From positions 186,001-250,000 of the forward strand of contig NIVC01001203.1 of assembly GCA_002269645.1 (NCBI GenBank): 64,000 bases of DNA, given 5' to 3'. The first letter of the stretch is position 1, and every line of letters starts with the position of its first letter. This document shows positions 25,167-39,600 of this stretch, in pieces. Origin of the DNA: Macrostomum lignano (Eukaryota). The notes below the pieces were generated by a model. That model was not told where the DNA came from and made no database searches. It saw only the letters and a program-made list of their open reading frames with translations. Both the position numbers and the translations under genes were made by a program.

Positions 25167-26167
25167 AACAATTCGCCAGATGCGGAAGTTGTCTACGCAG
25201 TGGTCCAGAAGAGAGCGAAAATACCCTATAACTTCTAAACTTATTGAACTACATACATATTGTCCTATGAATTAAATCTTGTGCATGTTGTTATTCATTC
25301 TTTAAACGGTACACTTAATTCTTATCTCCTGACCTGAAGTAACAATTTAGTAAAATTAAGACAGAGGATATATAGTACGAGTGTATTGACGGATTGTGAT
25401 CTTGTACTGTACTCGTATTTTGTTAAGGTTTTCGTTTTGATCAAACGTCATAGTTGAAAAAAGCTGCACATTGCACTTTGTGCAAATAATTGACTCATTT
25501 TTCATTCCAATTATTGAAAAAGGTTTCGATTCTATTGAAAAATTTACCATAATACATTAAATTTCCTGCGATATATTCAATTTACGAGCGTATTTGAATC
25601 GCTACCCTGCATGTATAAGAGGACCACTATAGGAACACTTTGTTATAGATAATTTAGTAGTCCTTGCATGTGACCATAATTAGTAGAAGAACAATACATG
25701 CATGTAGATATTACCGTAACCTATTGTTTCATAGTTAATCTAGTATGTATCGATGACATCATGACTCTGTTTATGTTCCATGATTATTGATTTGACGCCA
25801 ATGAAGTAATCAAATTAAAGCTGTTGTTGGGATGCCGTCTTGAACTCTCCTACGAGACAAGCGCACCTGTTTAAACGTTGGCGTTGGGTTGTTGCACGGC
25901 GGTTACTCGTAGCTTCTAACCCCCTGCTTGTGCTCTGTCAGCAATATCGCTTACCTGTTCGAATTGTATTTTCGTTTTTCTTGTATTTCTCAAAACTTTT
26001 TAACACCTGATGCAAAGTATATTATTTGTCGTTCCAGGTGGCTGGTTCCTTTGTAGTCGCTGTCCTTCCCGTTCTGTTGTTGCTGTCTTTGTCACTTCAT
26101 CTAACCTCAATGTGGCACATTTTTCTAGTCAAAGTCCTACTGAACTGACAAATCATTGCGTTAAATG

Positions 26168-26937
26168 CTTCGGGCGTGAGGTCGCTGTTGGTACAGCAGC
26201 TACCGATTGTCCTACTCGGACTACGAATTCAGCCTGACGATGCTGGCCACTGTCCATTCTCCGGTGTAACGGGAGAGCAACCGATCGTACCACCGGTAGT
26301 CACAGAGGATGCCAGCCTGAACCAACTATCCCATCGTCTTCACAATCTGTTCTACCCGTACCGTCTGCCACGCACGCGCGCAACACCGGTGCACCCCGGT
26401 GCACCTTCCGGACAACCTACAGGGCTGCAGCCACGTCTGGCTCCGGCTCGACCGGGTCCGTAAGCCGTTGGAGGCACCTTACCAAGGTCCATTTCGTGTT
26501 CTGCACCGTTCACCGCTCACCTTTACACTCGACATCAGCGGGACACCCACAAGCGTTGCAATCGACCGCGTTAAGCCAGCACGATTGCCCAGTCTCCAGC
26601 GCGATGAGCCCACCAAGGCCACCGGGATGGATGAGCCCATCCGAGCAAGGTTGAGACCCCGCCGTGTCACCTTTGCTTAAACTTTGTGTGGTTTGTGCCC
26701 CTACGGACACTACGAACATGTTCTTGTTTGCACATGAGGCCGTTTTCATGATATTGCTGTACCGAACCGATGCATATCTAGTTATCTTCCTTTTGGGAGG
26801 GGGGTAGTTATAGCACTATGTGTTGTAGATATAACACTACAACACTACACAGCCGTTGATCATACAAGTACGATTCTATTATCTATGGCAGATGTTAACG
26901 GTGAAATACAATTCCACAGCGCAAAGCTAAGAAGCCA
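26168..26937 (+). mobile_element. Ty3/Gypsy 3' fragment (integrase tail, PPT, LTR start), inverted copy of 19860-20512
   Basis: Identical translated segments (MHLPDNLQGCSH...RVTFA) on opposite strands; PPT at 26795-26804. Confidence 0.88.
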
Positions 26938-29900
26938 GAGCGGCATTCCCCATCGTTCCACTGCAATTATCTGCCTTTTGTTCTTAGTTGTAGCACCCGC
27001 TACAGGCTTTGTATCAGTTAGTTCATTGGACATATTTATTATATTTTTATTAAAATCCTTGTAACCAAGCTACAGAGAAACATGTGCAAAACTGGACCTT
27101 GACATTTGACCTGAATAATCAGCAAATGTGTATCTTGAAATGATTTTTTTGTTTTCAGTCAGCATTTTGAAGAAACTGACCTTATATAGATGGGCCCCAA
27201 GCTAAGAAATGAATGTAGAGCTTATTTCGTGTAATGTATAAAAAATCATTTTATTATGATAATAAATACTCCTAATAAATTGGTTAAATTAGTTATTTAC
27301 CTTGAATTAATTTAATTTAATAATTAAATATATAAATTTGTTTCACTTCTTACTGCATTTAAATACCGGTAGAGTACCTCTCTACTATAACTATAGAAGT
27401 ATTGTAAAAAATTTTCTTTGGTTTAATCCCAGCTTGCCTCAGTTTTTTAGTCTTAATACGAGCTAGATAGTAAGTGTTGATTAATTTGCTCCAACACCTT
27501 CTGCCACGGAAACTGCTGAGTGATGCCTGCTGAGTGATGCCAAGAATTGTGCCACACAATAAATGTATCTGGCCCATAAACTACTCGTATATTATACATA
27601 TGTATGCACAGCACACGCACACGCAGTTCATTCATACTAAATGTACTAGTTGATAGAATTCTCATCACATGAGCTTTGGTCTATGGACAAACCTGAAATT
27701 ACTAGAATATCTAGATAGATCTAACCTTCTTTGAGCAGCGCGCTGCGCTGCCAGCAAAATACATGTAATGATTCCTTAGCGCAACTAATTAAAAGTGTAG
27801 TACAGTCTATAGCCTCAAGTAGCCTGTGTAAGATGCGGAGGGATGATTTTTGCATAGGAAGCCACTAAGGTAAGGTTGATGGAACTATGGGGAGGTGAGA
27901 GATTCAAAGCGAGGGACGGAAGCCATGCATAGTTCGATCATAAGTTTGATTATTGCAAGAGTCTGGGGATGCATTAACGAGAGGCGTACGAGAGCATAGA
28001 AATAAAGCGGGCTAGATATATTAATACACCAAATTGCATGTACTAGCTAGTAATTTCAGAATGGTCAGCGACTCCTCCGATCTGTATCCGCGACCGCGTG
28101 CCCACAAATCCCCCGGCAGACCCTGTCGCATTTGTTGGTTGTGCACAGAATACAATGTTAATTTTCGAGCTTCTCTGCAAAAAATGCGTGATGCACTCAA
28201 GATGCATGCTATAGTCTACTTCTTTGATTGATGGCTGGGCTTTGCCTTTTCGCTTGTGATCATCAAAGGCTTGGGCGTCATTGCTACTGGTGTTTCAGTG
28301 TGCGCATTATGTCTGGTTATCATATTATGTGCATGTGCAGTGTCTTTTACCTACATTTTTGTTTGTCTCTGTTTCCTGCATGCTCTTTAGCATTTTTACA
28401 CTTCGCACATCCTCATTTTTCTCAATTAACAAGTGAAATCTTTTCTTAAAGACTAATTGCTATTTTAGTTAAGCTAGTAGATTTTTGGTAATTAAACAAT
28501 TCAACTTTGTCTATTTTTCCAAAAAGTTTCAAAAAATGAATTAATTAAAATAATTTTGAACTATTTTAAGTTAATTGGAGTAAAATGTCTAATAAGTAAC
28601 TATAATTTTTTATTTTAAGTACATGTAGCTTTGGTATAAGTATTAATGTAATAAGTACTTTTAATTAAAGTAAAATCAAGCAAGTTATATAGTTTTCAGA
28701 AATTATGCTACAAATCTAATATATACTAGTATCCGAATTCCTTTATTAAGGAACATGCAGTCGATATTAAATCCACAATGTGCTTTTTTAGTGTTTAAGG
28801 ATAGTTCCCTGATTTTTTCTATTATTAGTTAAATTTATTCTATTTAGTGTAAAAATGAACATTCTTTATTTGTCGAAGCATCTTGACTTTGAAAAGATAC
28901 ATAGTGAAAACTTGATTTTTAATTCAACCTTTCAAGACTTATTTAGACTTCTTAACTCAGTTATTAGTTAAACTGATCGAAGTCCTTTCGAGTGCATGCT
29001 AGATAATTTCGCACTTTTTTGCACACGATAATTTTAAATGTCTGGGATTTAGAGCAGAGTAACAAAATGCTGTGCTCAAAAACATTTCCTTTGTCAATTT
29101 CTTGTTTTTTTATTTTTGAAAAAAAAATTTTACTGCATATTTAAAATAAAAATAGAAGCAAATTTTATTTTCTCCTAAATATTTTTGTCGTTTATTTTCC
29201 GCAACAAAGAATAACAAATAGCCTTGATTTCTTCTCAATTTCAAGTTTTCTTGTGGTTTAAGTAGCTCAGCTTCTTACAGAAATTGTCGAAAGAAACTTT
29301 TTGTACGATTATTGGTCGATGTACAACTTTTTTTGCAATAACAAAAAGTTGTGACCTAGTCTTTGAGAACGACCCACCGAGTGATCCAGCCAGTGTCAGC
29401 CGTTGACCGAAAAAGGCGTTGACCGACGATCAGTGAAGCTGTATAACCCCCCCGCCCCAGTATTCATATTAATTTATATAAAGTAAAGTACCAGACAGTT
29501 TTATCGGCCTAGGCCTATCTAATTATACAGTTCCTACTGACAGCTATAATTATTTTTAGGGCCTAGCCGCCTAGCTAATCTAATTCGACTGACACTGACT
29601 GACTGTGACAATGACAATCAATAATCATGCCTTTTTAGCAAATATCTAACATGAAATAAAAGACCTGTAGGCCTAATCTACGTATACTTTTTTATTGAGA
29701 GTGAATTAAATATTGATTTTTTTAATAAAAAATAGGGCCTAACTTTTTAAAGTTTCGTTTTACTTCATTAGGCCTAGGCCCTATATTATTAGGGCCTAAC
29801 TAAAATCTCCAATCCTTCTGAGACCAATGTGATTGTGAGTAATATAGATGCATAGCTAGAAACAACTCATTTTTTAGGATAAATGATTAGTTTATATCGG

Positions 29901-32900
29901 ATGACTATTTTAAACATTTTTTTTCTATTCTAATTCACAGTATATATTATAGGCCAAGTTATTTCAAGGCAACAACTGCAACTTTTAAAACAAACATCCT
30001 TTAGGCCTAATGTTAGGCTTTAACATATTTTATTGGTAGGCCTAACTGGTATTTCCAAGGCTGCCAGAGGATTATCATTGATTCTAAATAAGTCCGCAGT
30101 ACATAATTATTAATTATACTTACATTACATTACTATAATAAAAGTATAGCTGCTATAAAACTATGGCACAGTAACAACAATAATAAACTATAAGTATAAC
30201 AATAGCCACCCTAGGCAAGCCAATTAAGTTAGGTTATAATCAAAATGCATACACAAGTGCAGATTTGCACATAATAGTGTAAAAGATATTGCTGTGTGCA
30301 TTTTGGTTCAGCTAGGGTCTAGTGATTTTGAACCTCACAGTCCTTTGCGCCACCTAGCAGATCCGCACTACTAGTTGGCTGGGGCTGGTTGCCTATGGCT
30401 TATTGCTTGCATCACTAAAGTTGGCCATTGCAATTTTGCTCATGGCGCTATTCTTTGTGATGATCATATATGCGCAACAGTTGGCCGAGTCGGCCGATCT
30501 GGCTGACCGATTTGGCGGCCAACCAAGGAAGTTGCAAAAATGCCAACCCGAAAAAAACACCGAGTAGTAGTACTATGTAGCTGATGAGGCATTTTGGCTT
30601 TATAAGACAGTCATAGTTACTCCTGCCGTTTACCCAAAGTTGCGTTAATTTTGCTTTCAGGTTTTTTTACATGTAAGTCGCATTTTTGGCCAAAAACTAT
30701 GTCACATTTTTGTTAAACTAAGTCGCATGGCCGACCAAAATTTGGAAGTTGCGCATGTATAGTGATAATACTCACTTCGTAGTCTCACCAAGTAAATAGT
30801 ATAGCATAAAAAAGTCAGAATTTAAATCAATATTTGAAAATTGGCTTCTAATTTTTTTTTCTATGAATTGCAAGTGTATTGTCTTGATAAATCAGATTCA
30901 GATACTACTAATTCTTGTTTTGTAAAGGTTTTGTTTAGGCCTATTCACTCAAATTTTAGATGCAATAAGGGGCTTAATAATAATAAATTTTATGTAGTAT
31001 CTTTATTTGAGGAATAATAGCATGGATAACTTTTAGACAAACACATACTTTTCTGTTTTTTTTCTTAAAGATATATTTAAGCACTTTTTAATTGGCAGTT
31101 CTTTAAAATTAGAAAGGACCAATGATAGAAGTACCAGAACATACTTTTTATAAAAAGTACTAGTACTGGAACAAGTTATTTTCCTTGGAATAGGAAGTTA
31201 CTTAACTAGAAGTTATTTCAAAAAAAGTAACTTTCAATAGTTATCTAATACTATTTAAAGATAGGCCTAACAGATTTCTAGATAGACTTATAAACTATTG
31301 CAACTCAATGCCTATAGCTTAAATTCAAGTCATTGTGCAATATAACAAAGCTAGAAATATAAAAAAAGTTTGTATAAGTATATGGACCTATTCTAGACTA
31401 GGCTTACTATATTATAGAAAGTAGCATTCTAGCTAAAAACATTTTTATTTTTGTTTGAATAGGTCTAAGGCCTAGATATGTATAGACCTAGTTTATCTTA
31501 TATTTGATTCCTTGATATAAAATTCAAATAAATATAAACTATTTATCTAGTAAATTTTTATTCAATTGTTAATTTAATACATAGGTTTTTTTGCCAAATG
31601 TCCACTGTCTTGGTTATTATATTAATTGCCAATAAAGGAATTAATTTTATCAAAATGTCTTGTTGCTAAAGTGGCTAAGACCCATATTCTAACATAGGAC
31701 CTAATATATCAATTGTTTAAAATAATGAAGCCACATTTATAGTTAAATTTATACTATCTATAAAAATATAATAGCAATTTTAAATATGCAATCAAATGCT
31801 TTAAGAAAGTTAACATAGAAAGATGGAATCTAAGAATGAACATGGAGATTTGTGCATATCCTTTTTCCTATACCAAATCCTAGTATATTACAGCCCCTTT
31901 GGCCTTGATCTATACTAAATATGCAATTTTTTACCAAAGATAAATCTTTCTTATGAAAGAAACCTCAGCCTAAGATAAATGGCAAGAATAACTTATATAA
32001 CTATGTTATTAAGGCTAAATGTCTTAATCATCTAATTAGTACTATCTACATTGTGTTTAAATAGGCATTTTTGTGACTTACCTTAGTTTAACCCAATTGT
32101 TAGTTAGCAGGATTAGGCAGCTTGGCTAGGTATTATACATATATATTTATCCTATGTTTTTTTGTTCTATGAAAATGCTATGTATCATCTTGAATTTTCT
32201 AAAATATGTCTTAAACTTAGATTTAGAAAATAAATATATTGACAATATAAGAGCTATATTATATATGCTATATTAATACTCATGTTCCCTCTACATTGTC
32301 TATTGACCACATGTGCAAGATTTTATTCCTGCACACTTATGTGTGCAAGATGTCATTCCTGCATAAGCTTTATTTGTATGATTTATTTTAAAGAGTATAC
32401 TATCATGGAATTTAATGAACCTTTTCAGGTCATCTCGCTCATTGTACATTTCACAGCCATCAATTATGGATTGTTCCCTAGACCCACCTCCCCCTAAGCC
32501 CTCACTGTGTCTGCCATAAAATATTTTTTACCTTTAGCCATGCCTCTTTGTCTGACACCTACTTCTGTGCATAGCTAGCCCTAAAAATTAAGTTAATTTG
32601 TCTACCTAGACCTTTATCCGAACAATTGCTACAGCTCTGGTCAGATTCATACTAGAGAGAGGGGGGGGCCCTCTTACATAGTCAATTATTTTGATAAGTG
32701 CAGCATTTTGATAAAACTTCTTTATGTTAGTATGTAGGGGCACTGCCCCCACACCCCGCAAGGAGGCTTTGCCCCCTTGACCCCTCTCTGTGCACTCATT
32801 CAAATTTATGATGCAACTTAATAGTCAATCAACAATGGGATTCCAACATGCCAACTCATGTGTCAATGGCAGAAAAGCACTCATCAGTGGTCAGTATGCA

Positions 32901-33390
32901 GAAATCATTCATTGTGAGCTTGTTTAGATTTTCCTCTAAGATAATAAAATGACTAATGGCAATATTTAAAAGTTTTGTAGGTTATCAATGCTAAAACAAT
33001 ATTATTTAATAACATAGAAATGAAGGTATAAACAGTATACGTTATTTAGTCCTTGAAAATTTCTTCAAGATAGAGCTCTTGATCATGAATCTAAATTTGA
33101 CATATTTTGTCTTTAATATTACACAAATTTTTTACATTTGTCAGAAATGGCATTTTAATTATAGTATCAGAAATAATTTAATCTTTAGCCCAAGCAAATC
33201 TGAATCTCCCAGATAGAAATTAAGCATGTATAAAAGTATGATTTCCCAATCCCATTAATTTTTTCTCAGAATATGTCATGGCAAATTAACTTTAACTTTG
33301 GCATCTTAAATTTTGGACTCCAGCTACTAAATTGGCAATTGTTCTTTCCAAGCTGAATATAATTAAAATTCAGTTCTAAACATTTATAAG

Positions 33391-33640
33391 GGGTTGTACC
33401 CTAGTGCTTAAAATGTTGGACTCACAACTGAAAGGTCTGGGGTTCGATTCCCAATCCCACTTGAAACAATTTGTGTCATTGAGCAAGACACTTAACTCTG
33501 CATTGCTTCAGTTCACCCAGCTGTAAAATGGGTGCCAGCATTAGCTGGGGTAATTGAGGGTGTGTGGCGACCCTCCAGTCCTTGGACTGAACAGCCATAT
33601 GCAGGCGTTTAGTTAATTAATCTATTTATTTATTTCTATC
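33391..33640 (+). mobile_element. CORE-like SINE just upstream of the epsin start codon
   Basis: B box GGTTCGATTCC, TTGAGCAAGACACTTAAC...CTGTAAAATGGG. Confidence 0.85.
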
Positions 33641-33670
33641 TACTAATTGGTCTGCATGCCCTGCTGATTG

Positions 33671-36600
33671 ATGGCAACCATTAAGCGCAATTTCAAGAAC
33701 ATTGTTCATAATTATTCGGATGCCCAGGTGAAAGTTCGCGAAGCCACGTCAAACGATCCATGGGGTCCATCAAGTACTTTGATGTCGGAAATATCCGACA
33801 TGACAAACAATGTGATGGCCTACACTGAAATTATGTCGATGATTTGGAAACGATTGAATGATAAAAATAAGAACTGGCGTCACGTTTACAAAGCCCTGGT
33901 GCTGCTGGAGTACATTATCAAAACTGGCAGTGAGAAGGTGGCCCAGCAGTGCAAAGAGAATCTGTTTGCTATCCAATCGTTGCGGGATTTCCAGTACACA
34001 GAGGAGGCCAAAGATCACGGATTGAATGTGCGCGAGAAAGCCAAGCATCTGGTAGCTTTGCTTAAAGACGATGAGAAGTTGAAAGCTGAGAGGCAGAGCG
34101 CTATCAAGGCCAAGGAGAGGCTCAGGCACGGTGGCGGTTTCAGCTCTGAGGACAGGCCGCCGGACAGGTGAGGGTGGACAGGTTAGGCAGAGACAGGTGG
34201 ACAGGTTGAGTAAAGACATGTGGACAAGTTGGGTAGAGACAGGTGGACAGGGTGGGTAGAGACAGGTGGACAGGTTGGGTAGAGACAGGTGGACAGGTTG
34301 GGTAGAGACAGGTGGACAGGGTGGGTAGAGACAGTTGGGCAGGTTGGGTAGAGACAGGTGGACAGGTTGGGTAGAGACAGGTGGACAGGGTGGGTAGAGA
34401 CAGTTCGGCAGGTTGGGTAGAGACAGGTGGACAGGTTGGGTAGAGACAGTTGGGCAGGTTGGGTAGAGACAGGTGGACAGGTTAGGTAGAGACAGGTGGA
34501 CAGGTTGGGTAGAGACAGGTGGACAGGTTGGGTAGAGACAGGTGGACAGGTTGGGTAAAGACAGTTGGGCAGGTTGGGTAGAGATGGACAGGTTGGGTAG
34601 AGACAGATGGACAGGTTGGGTTGAGACAGGTGGACAGGTTGGGTAGAGACAGGTGGACAGGTTAGGTAGAGATGGACAGGTTGGGTAGAGACAGGTGGAC
34701 AGGTTGGGTTGAGACAGGTGGACAGGTTGGGTAGAGATGGACAGGTTGGGTAGAGACAGTTGGGCAGGTTGGGTAGAGACAGGTGGACAGGTTAGGTAGA
34801 GACAGTTGGACAGGTTGGGTAGAGACAGGTGGACATGTTTGGGACAATGGGACAACTAGGAGACAGGTAAGGTAAAAAGTTAGATGGACAAGAGAGACAG
34901 GTAGGAGACAAATACGAGTAGGTGGACATGCTTGGGTACAGATGGACAGGTAGGTGGCCAGGTTAGGGACAAGTTTGGAACAGGTAGTAGGGGAGGGGAC
35001 AGACTGTTGTACATAGATAGTCATGAAAAGGTTGTAAGCTAGATTTGAAATTTCCCACTCAGATCCCGCATGGAAGCGCAGCGCCGGTCTGAGTCCAGCG
35101 CCGCCACAACCACTGGAGGCGCGGCCGCGGCGCAGGAGGCTGAAGACCTGCAACTGCAGCTGGCCCTGGCCATCTCTAGGGAAGAGCACGAGCAGGAGCT
35201 GAAGCGGCGCGAAGCCGAGGGTCATAAAGAGGAGATAAAATTGAAGATGGCGCTTGAGGCAAGCAAGAAGGAAGACGAGGTAAGTTTTAAAGGCCGGCCT
35301 TGACTCGCTAACTGTTTTCAACACTGGGAGTTCGGGCCGAGGCAGTTCTCAACTCCGCTATAGAGCTGATTATAAGTGCAATATTTGTTTGTAGCTCTCT
35401 TTAAAGCTCCCACCGTCCCTGTGTTCAGGTTCTTTCCCCGCTTCGCATGCCACCCAAGCAGCAGCAACAGGAGAAGCTCGATAATTCAACTGTTGCTTTT
35501 ACAAAAGAAGAAGATGATGTAAGTTGAGAGCTTATAATCGGATTGAAGTAAATACACTGGTTAAATGATTGTTCATTATTGGAAAAGTGAGTATAATATT
35601 TTTGTAGACAAATTTGGAATTGAAATCTGGATTTTTATCACTGGCTGATAAAGAAACCTGTTCATTCCAAAGTGTGTGTGCGTGTGCTCAACACGATTAA
35701 AGTCCCTAAGATTTTTTTGATAGTCTTAACAGCATGGTCAAAAAAATTTTGAGAGAGAAATTTGATTCTGAAAGTCTCTAGTCTTGGAGTAAAGATTGCT
35801 AATTTTAATCTTTAATTTTTTACGTAGCAGCGACTAGGGCTTGGGTGACAACTCAAGCCTCTTGGAGTTGGAAACTTTAGCACAACATGCTCATCAAGAC
35901 TGAGGCTCCGTTGGCATGTACTGCGTGTACCGGCAGCGTCCTCGTTATGGGAATAGTTGTTCATCAACTTCATCAAGGCCTATAGTCCTTGCTCCAAAGC
36001 TTCTCGTGCAGTCTGGCTGTTGAAAACTGGGTTATGCTAGGCCGTTTTTGTTAAACCTGGCATAGTCAAAAGTAATGAGTAAAGGAGTAATGGCATTTAT
36101 ATATAGTGGTGTATCGGCCATAGACATTTAGCACAATAATACTTGGCCATACCAATAACTACTTCGGTAGAAGGTCGGGGAAAATACGTTTCTTAAAAAA
36201 CTGTTTATTATGAGACTGGTTTTTGCCGAAAAATACACTACAGAGATACAATTACAATCACAATTAATACGTACAATTAATTGTACGTAACAAAAAAGAT
36301 TAATATTGAATTCTAATTTTCTAAATTTATGAATAATAATAGAGCTGCTATAAGCAAGGCACAACACATCAAAAAGTGAGTATTGGATCTGCCTCAGTGC
36401 CTCCTATCAAAATCGACAACAATTTTTGTGCTGAAATAAAACTGAAAAGTTCCTATCTCCGTAGTCCGTAGAGACCAGCCAGCCTCAAACACCAGCCTCA
36501 AACATCAGCCTCAAATATCAGCGCGCCTCAAACACCAGCCTCAAACACCAGCCTCAAACATCAGCCTCAAATATCAGCGCGCCTCAAACACCAGCCTCAA

Positions 36601-39600
36601 ACACCAGCCTCAAACACCAGCCTCAAACATCAGCCTCAAACATCAGCCTCAAACATCAGCCTCAAACACCAGCCTCAAACATCAGCCAGCCTCAAACACC
36701 AGTCTCAAACATCAGCCTCAAACACCAGCCTCAAACACCAGCCTCAAACACCAGCCTCAAACATCAGCCTCAAACATCAGCCTCAAACACCAGCCTCAAA
36801 CATCAGCCAGCCTCAAACACCAGCCTCAAACATCAGCCTCAAACACCAGCCTCAAACATCAGCCTCAAACACCAGCCTCAAACATCAGCCAGCCTCAAAC
36901 ACCAGCCTCAAACATCAGCCTCAAACACCAGCCTCAAACACCAGCCTCAAAATTAATGTGCATAAGAAAGACCCAAGAAATATTAATTTCTCCTAATAAA
37001 ATGCAAGCCATACTTATGCTTAGTGCTTAAATCAATGGTCATATTCTACTGCTACAAATTTGCGCATGTAAACAAACACTTCAAATCTGAATTCGTCATC
37101 AGATTCTGCAGATTAAATCAGTTATAGTAGATTGCTGGCTTGCGGTTTTGCGACACCTTAGCTGTGTTACCTGTTATAAAGTAAAGCTTTAATTAACTGT
37201 GTTACAATTTGGTGATTTTAATATGCGATGCTTTTATGTATCTATGGGGTTAACACTATATGCATATATATAGAATTATATTTAGCTTTTTGTTTTCATA
37301 ATTTTCAGAATCGCAAGAACAAAGACTCTAATCATGGTGCAACGGTGAGATAATCATCACTATTACACTTTATTTTATAAGATTTTTTCTCTACTCAGGA
37401 TTCGAACCCGGGGACGTAAATTCTACATGTAAAATATATTTTTTTGATATTTACAGAGCGAGCTAATCGACACGGCTTTCTCCTCCGGCTCGGATCCTTG
37501 GGCTGCACCGGTGGCGCCAGCTGCCAGCATAGCAACCAGTGGTGGCGTCCCTAGCAATGGATTCGATACCAGCGGAGATCCTTGGGGTGGCGGTGCGGCA
37601 ACTGCAGCGCCAACTGCGTCCTTGGCTGACCCCTGGGGTGGCGGCGGCGGCGGTGGCCTGAACCAAGATGGTGAGACCAATTGATTGATGAGATTTAAAA
37701 TCTAAATAAAAATCTTCTGTGAGATTTCCCTAGGAAGTGAGACTTCCATATGTGTTAAAAAATATAAGGGTGAGATTGCCATGAAAACTAGGAATTGTAA
37801 GGGTGAGATTTCCATAAAGACAAGGAATCAAAGGGTGAGATTTCCATAGAGAATAGAATATTTAAGGTTGAGATTTCCATGGAGACTAGAAATTCTAAAG
37901 GTGAGATTTTCATGGAGACTTGGAATTTTAAGGGTGGGATTTCCATAAAGACTAGAAATTGTAAGGGTGAGATTTCCATAGAGACTAGAAATTAAAAATA
38001 GTGAGATTTCCATGTAGACTAGGAATCTAAGGGTGAGATTTCCATAGAGACTAGAAATTAAAAATAGTGAGATTTCCATGTAGACTAGGAATCTAAGGGT
38101 GAGATTTCCATTGAGACTAGAAATTAAAAATAGTGAGATTTCCATGTAGACTAGAAATTGTAAGAAGTGAGATTATAATCGATAATTATAATAGGTATCG
38201 AATAATTATTTTATAATCAAGTGTCTCAAGGTCCCTCCTTCCCCTACCCAAAATCGCACCCGCAGCATTCTCAGCTGCACCCCCTGCATCTGGCGATCCC
38301 TGGGCGGCAGCTGGGGCGCCTCTCCAACAGCAGCAGCCAGCAGCGCCAGTTGACGAATTTGACCTGCTGGGAGGCCGAGATCAGACTGGGGGTGCTGCCG
38401 GCTCTACAGGTGAGCTGCCTACCTGTCTTCAAAAAGTTGAACAAATTATTGTTTGTTTTATGATTGTTTGTGGTTGGAGCGTCGGACTCACGACTGAAAG
38501 GTCGGGGGTTCGATTCTCGACTTACTCGTAACAATTTGTGTCCTTCCTTGAGCAAGAGACAATTAACTCTGCATTGCTTCAGTTCACCCAGCTGTAAAAT
38601 GGGCGCCAGCATTAGCTGGGGTAATTGAGGGTGTGTGGCGACCCCCAGTCCTTGGACTGAACAGCCGTACGCAGCCTTCAGATGCGCCGCGCAATAGCTG
38701 CGGCTGAGCTGTCGGTTGCATATCTGGCCCAATTAGGGCAGGTGTAATCAATTATATAATCTTTATATTGTGTAATGATTCCTATTAATAATAATACAAC
38801 CCGCAGGACCCACAGCCCAAGATCCTTGGGCAACCGATGGCTCAACCGCTTTCGCAGCCAGCGGCGGGGGTGGCTTCGGCGGTGGAACCGGCGGCTCCCA
38901 AGGCGACCTGCTTGGAGGCGGCGGCGGCTGGACAATGGACCAGCAGCAACAGCAACAGCAGCAAGCCTCGGCGGCAGCGCAGCAACCGCCCAGAGCCAAG
39001 TCGGCAATGGATTTTCTCGGCGAACATGGCGGCTTAGTGAATCTGGATAGTCTGGTTACCAAGCCTAAGGGTAAGAGTGAGAGTCCTGAGTTCGAGTCTT
39101 GTCCTTGATACTTCATGTTGGACAATATTCATGTTTCATATTTTTTGTATTTAGTTTTGTTTCTCCCTCTCACACATTTATCTACCTCTCCCCTATCTAC
39201 CTCTGCCCTATCTACCTCTCCTATCTACCTCTCCCCTATCTACCTCTTCCCTATCTAACTCTCCCCTATCTACCTCTGCCTTATCTACCTCTCCCTTATC
39301 TACCTCTGCCCTATCTACCTCTCCTATCTACCTCTCCCCTATCTACCTCTTCCCTATCTAACTCTCCCCTATCTACCTCTGCCTTATCTACCTCTCCCTT
39401 ATCTACCTCTGCCCTATCTACCTCTGCCTTATCTACCTCTCCCTTATCTACCTCTCCCCTATCTACCTCTGCCTTATCTACCTCTCCCTTATCTACCTCT
39501 CCCCTATCTACCTCTGCCTTATCTACCTCTCCCCTATCTACCTCTGCCCTATCTACCTCACCCCTATCTACCTCTCCCCTATCTACCTCTTCACTATCTA

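Noticed and set aside
30347-30361. CTCF-like motif GCGCCACCTAGCAG
   Set aside because: Single imperfect hit, similar strings are common in repeats, and presence of CTCF in this organism is unknown.
33770-35324. Minus-strand Pro/Cys-rich ORFs opposite epsin
   Set aside because: Translations of the intron 1 minisatellite and antisense of real exons.
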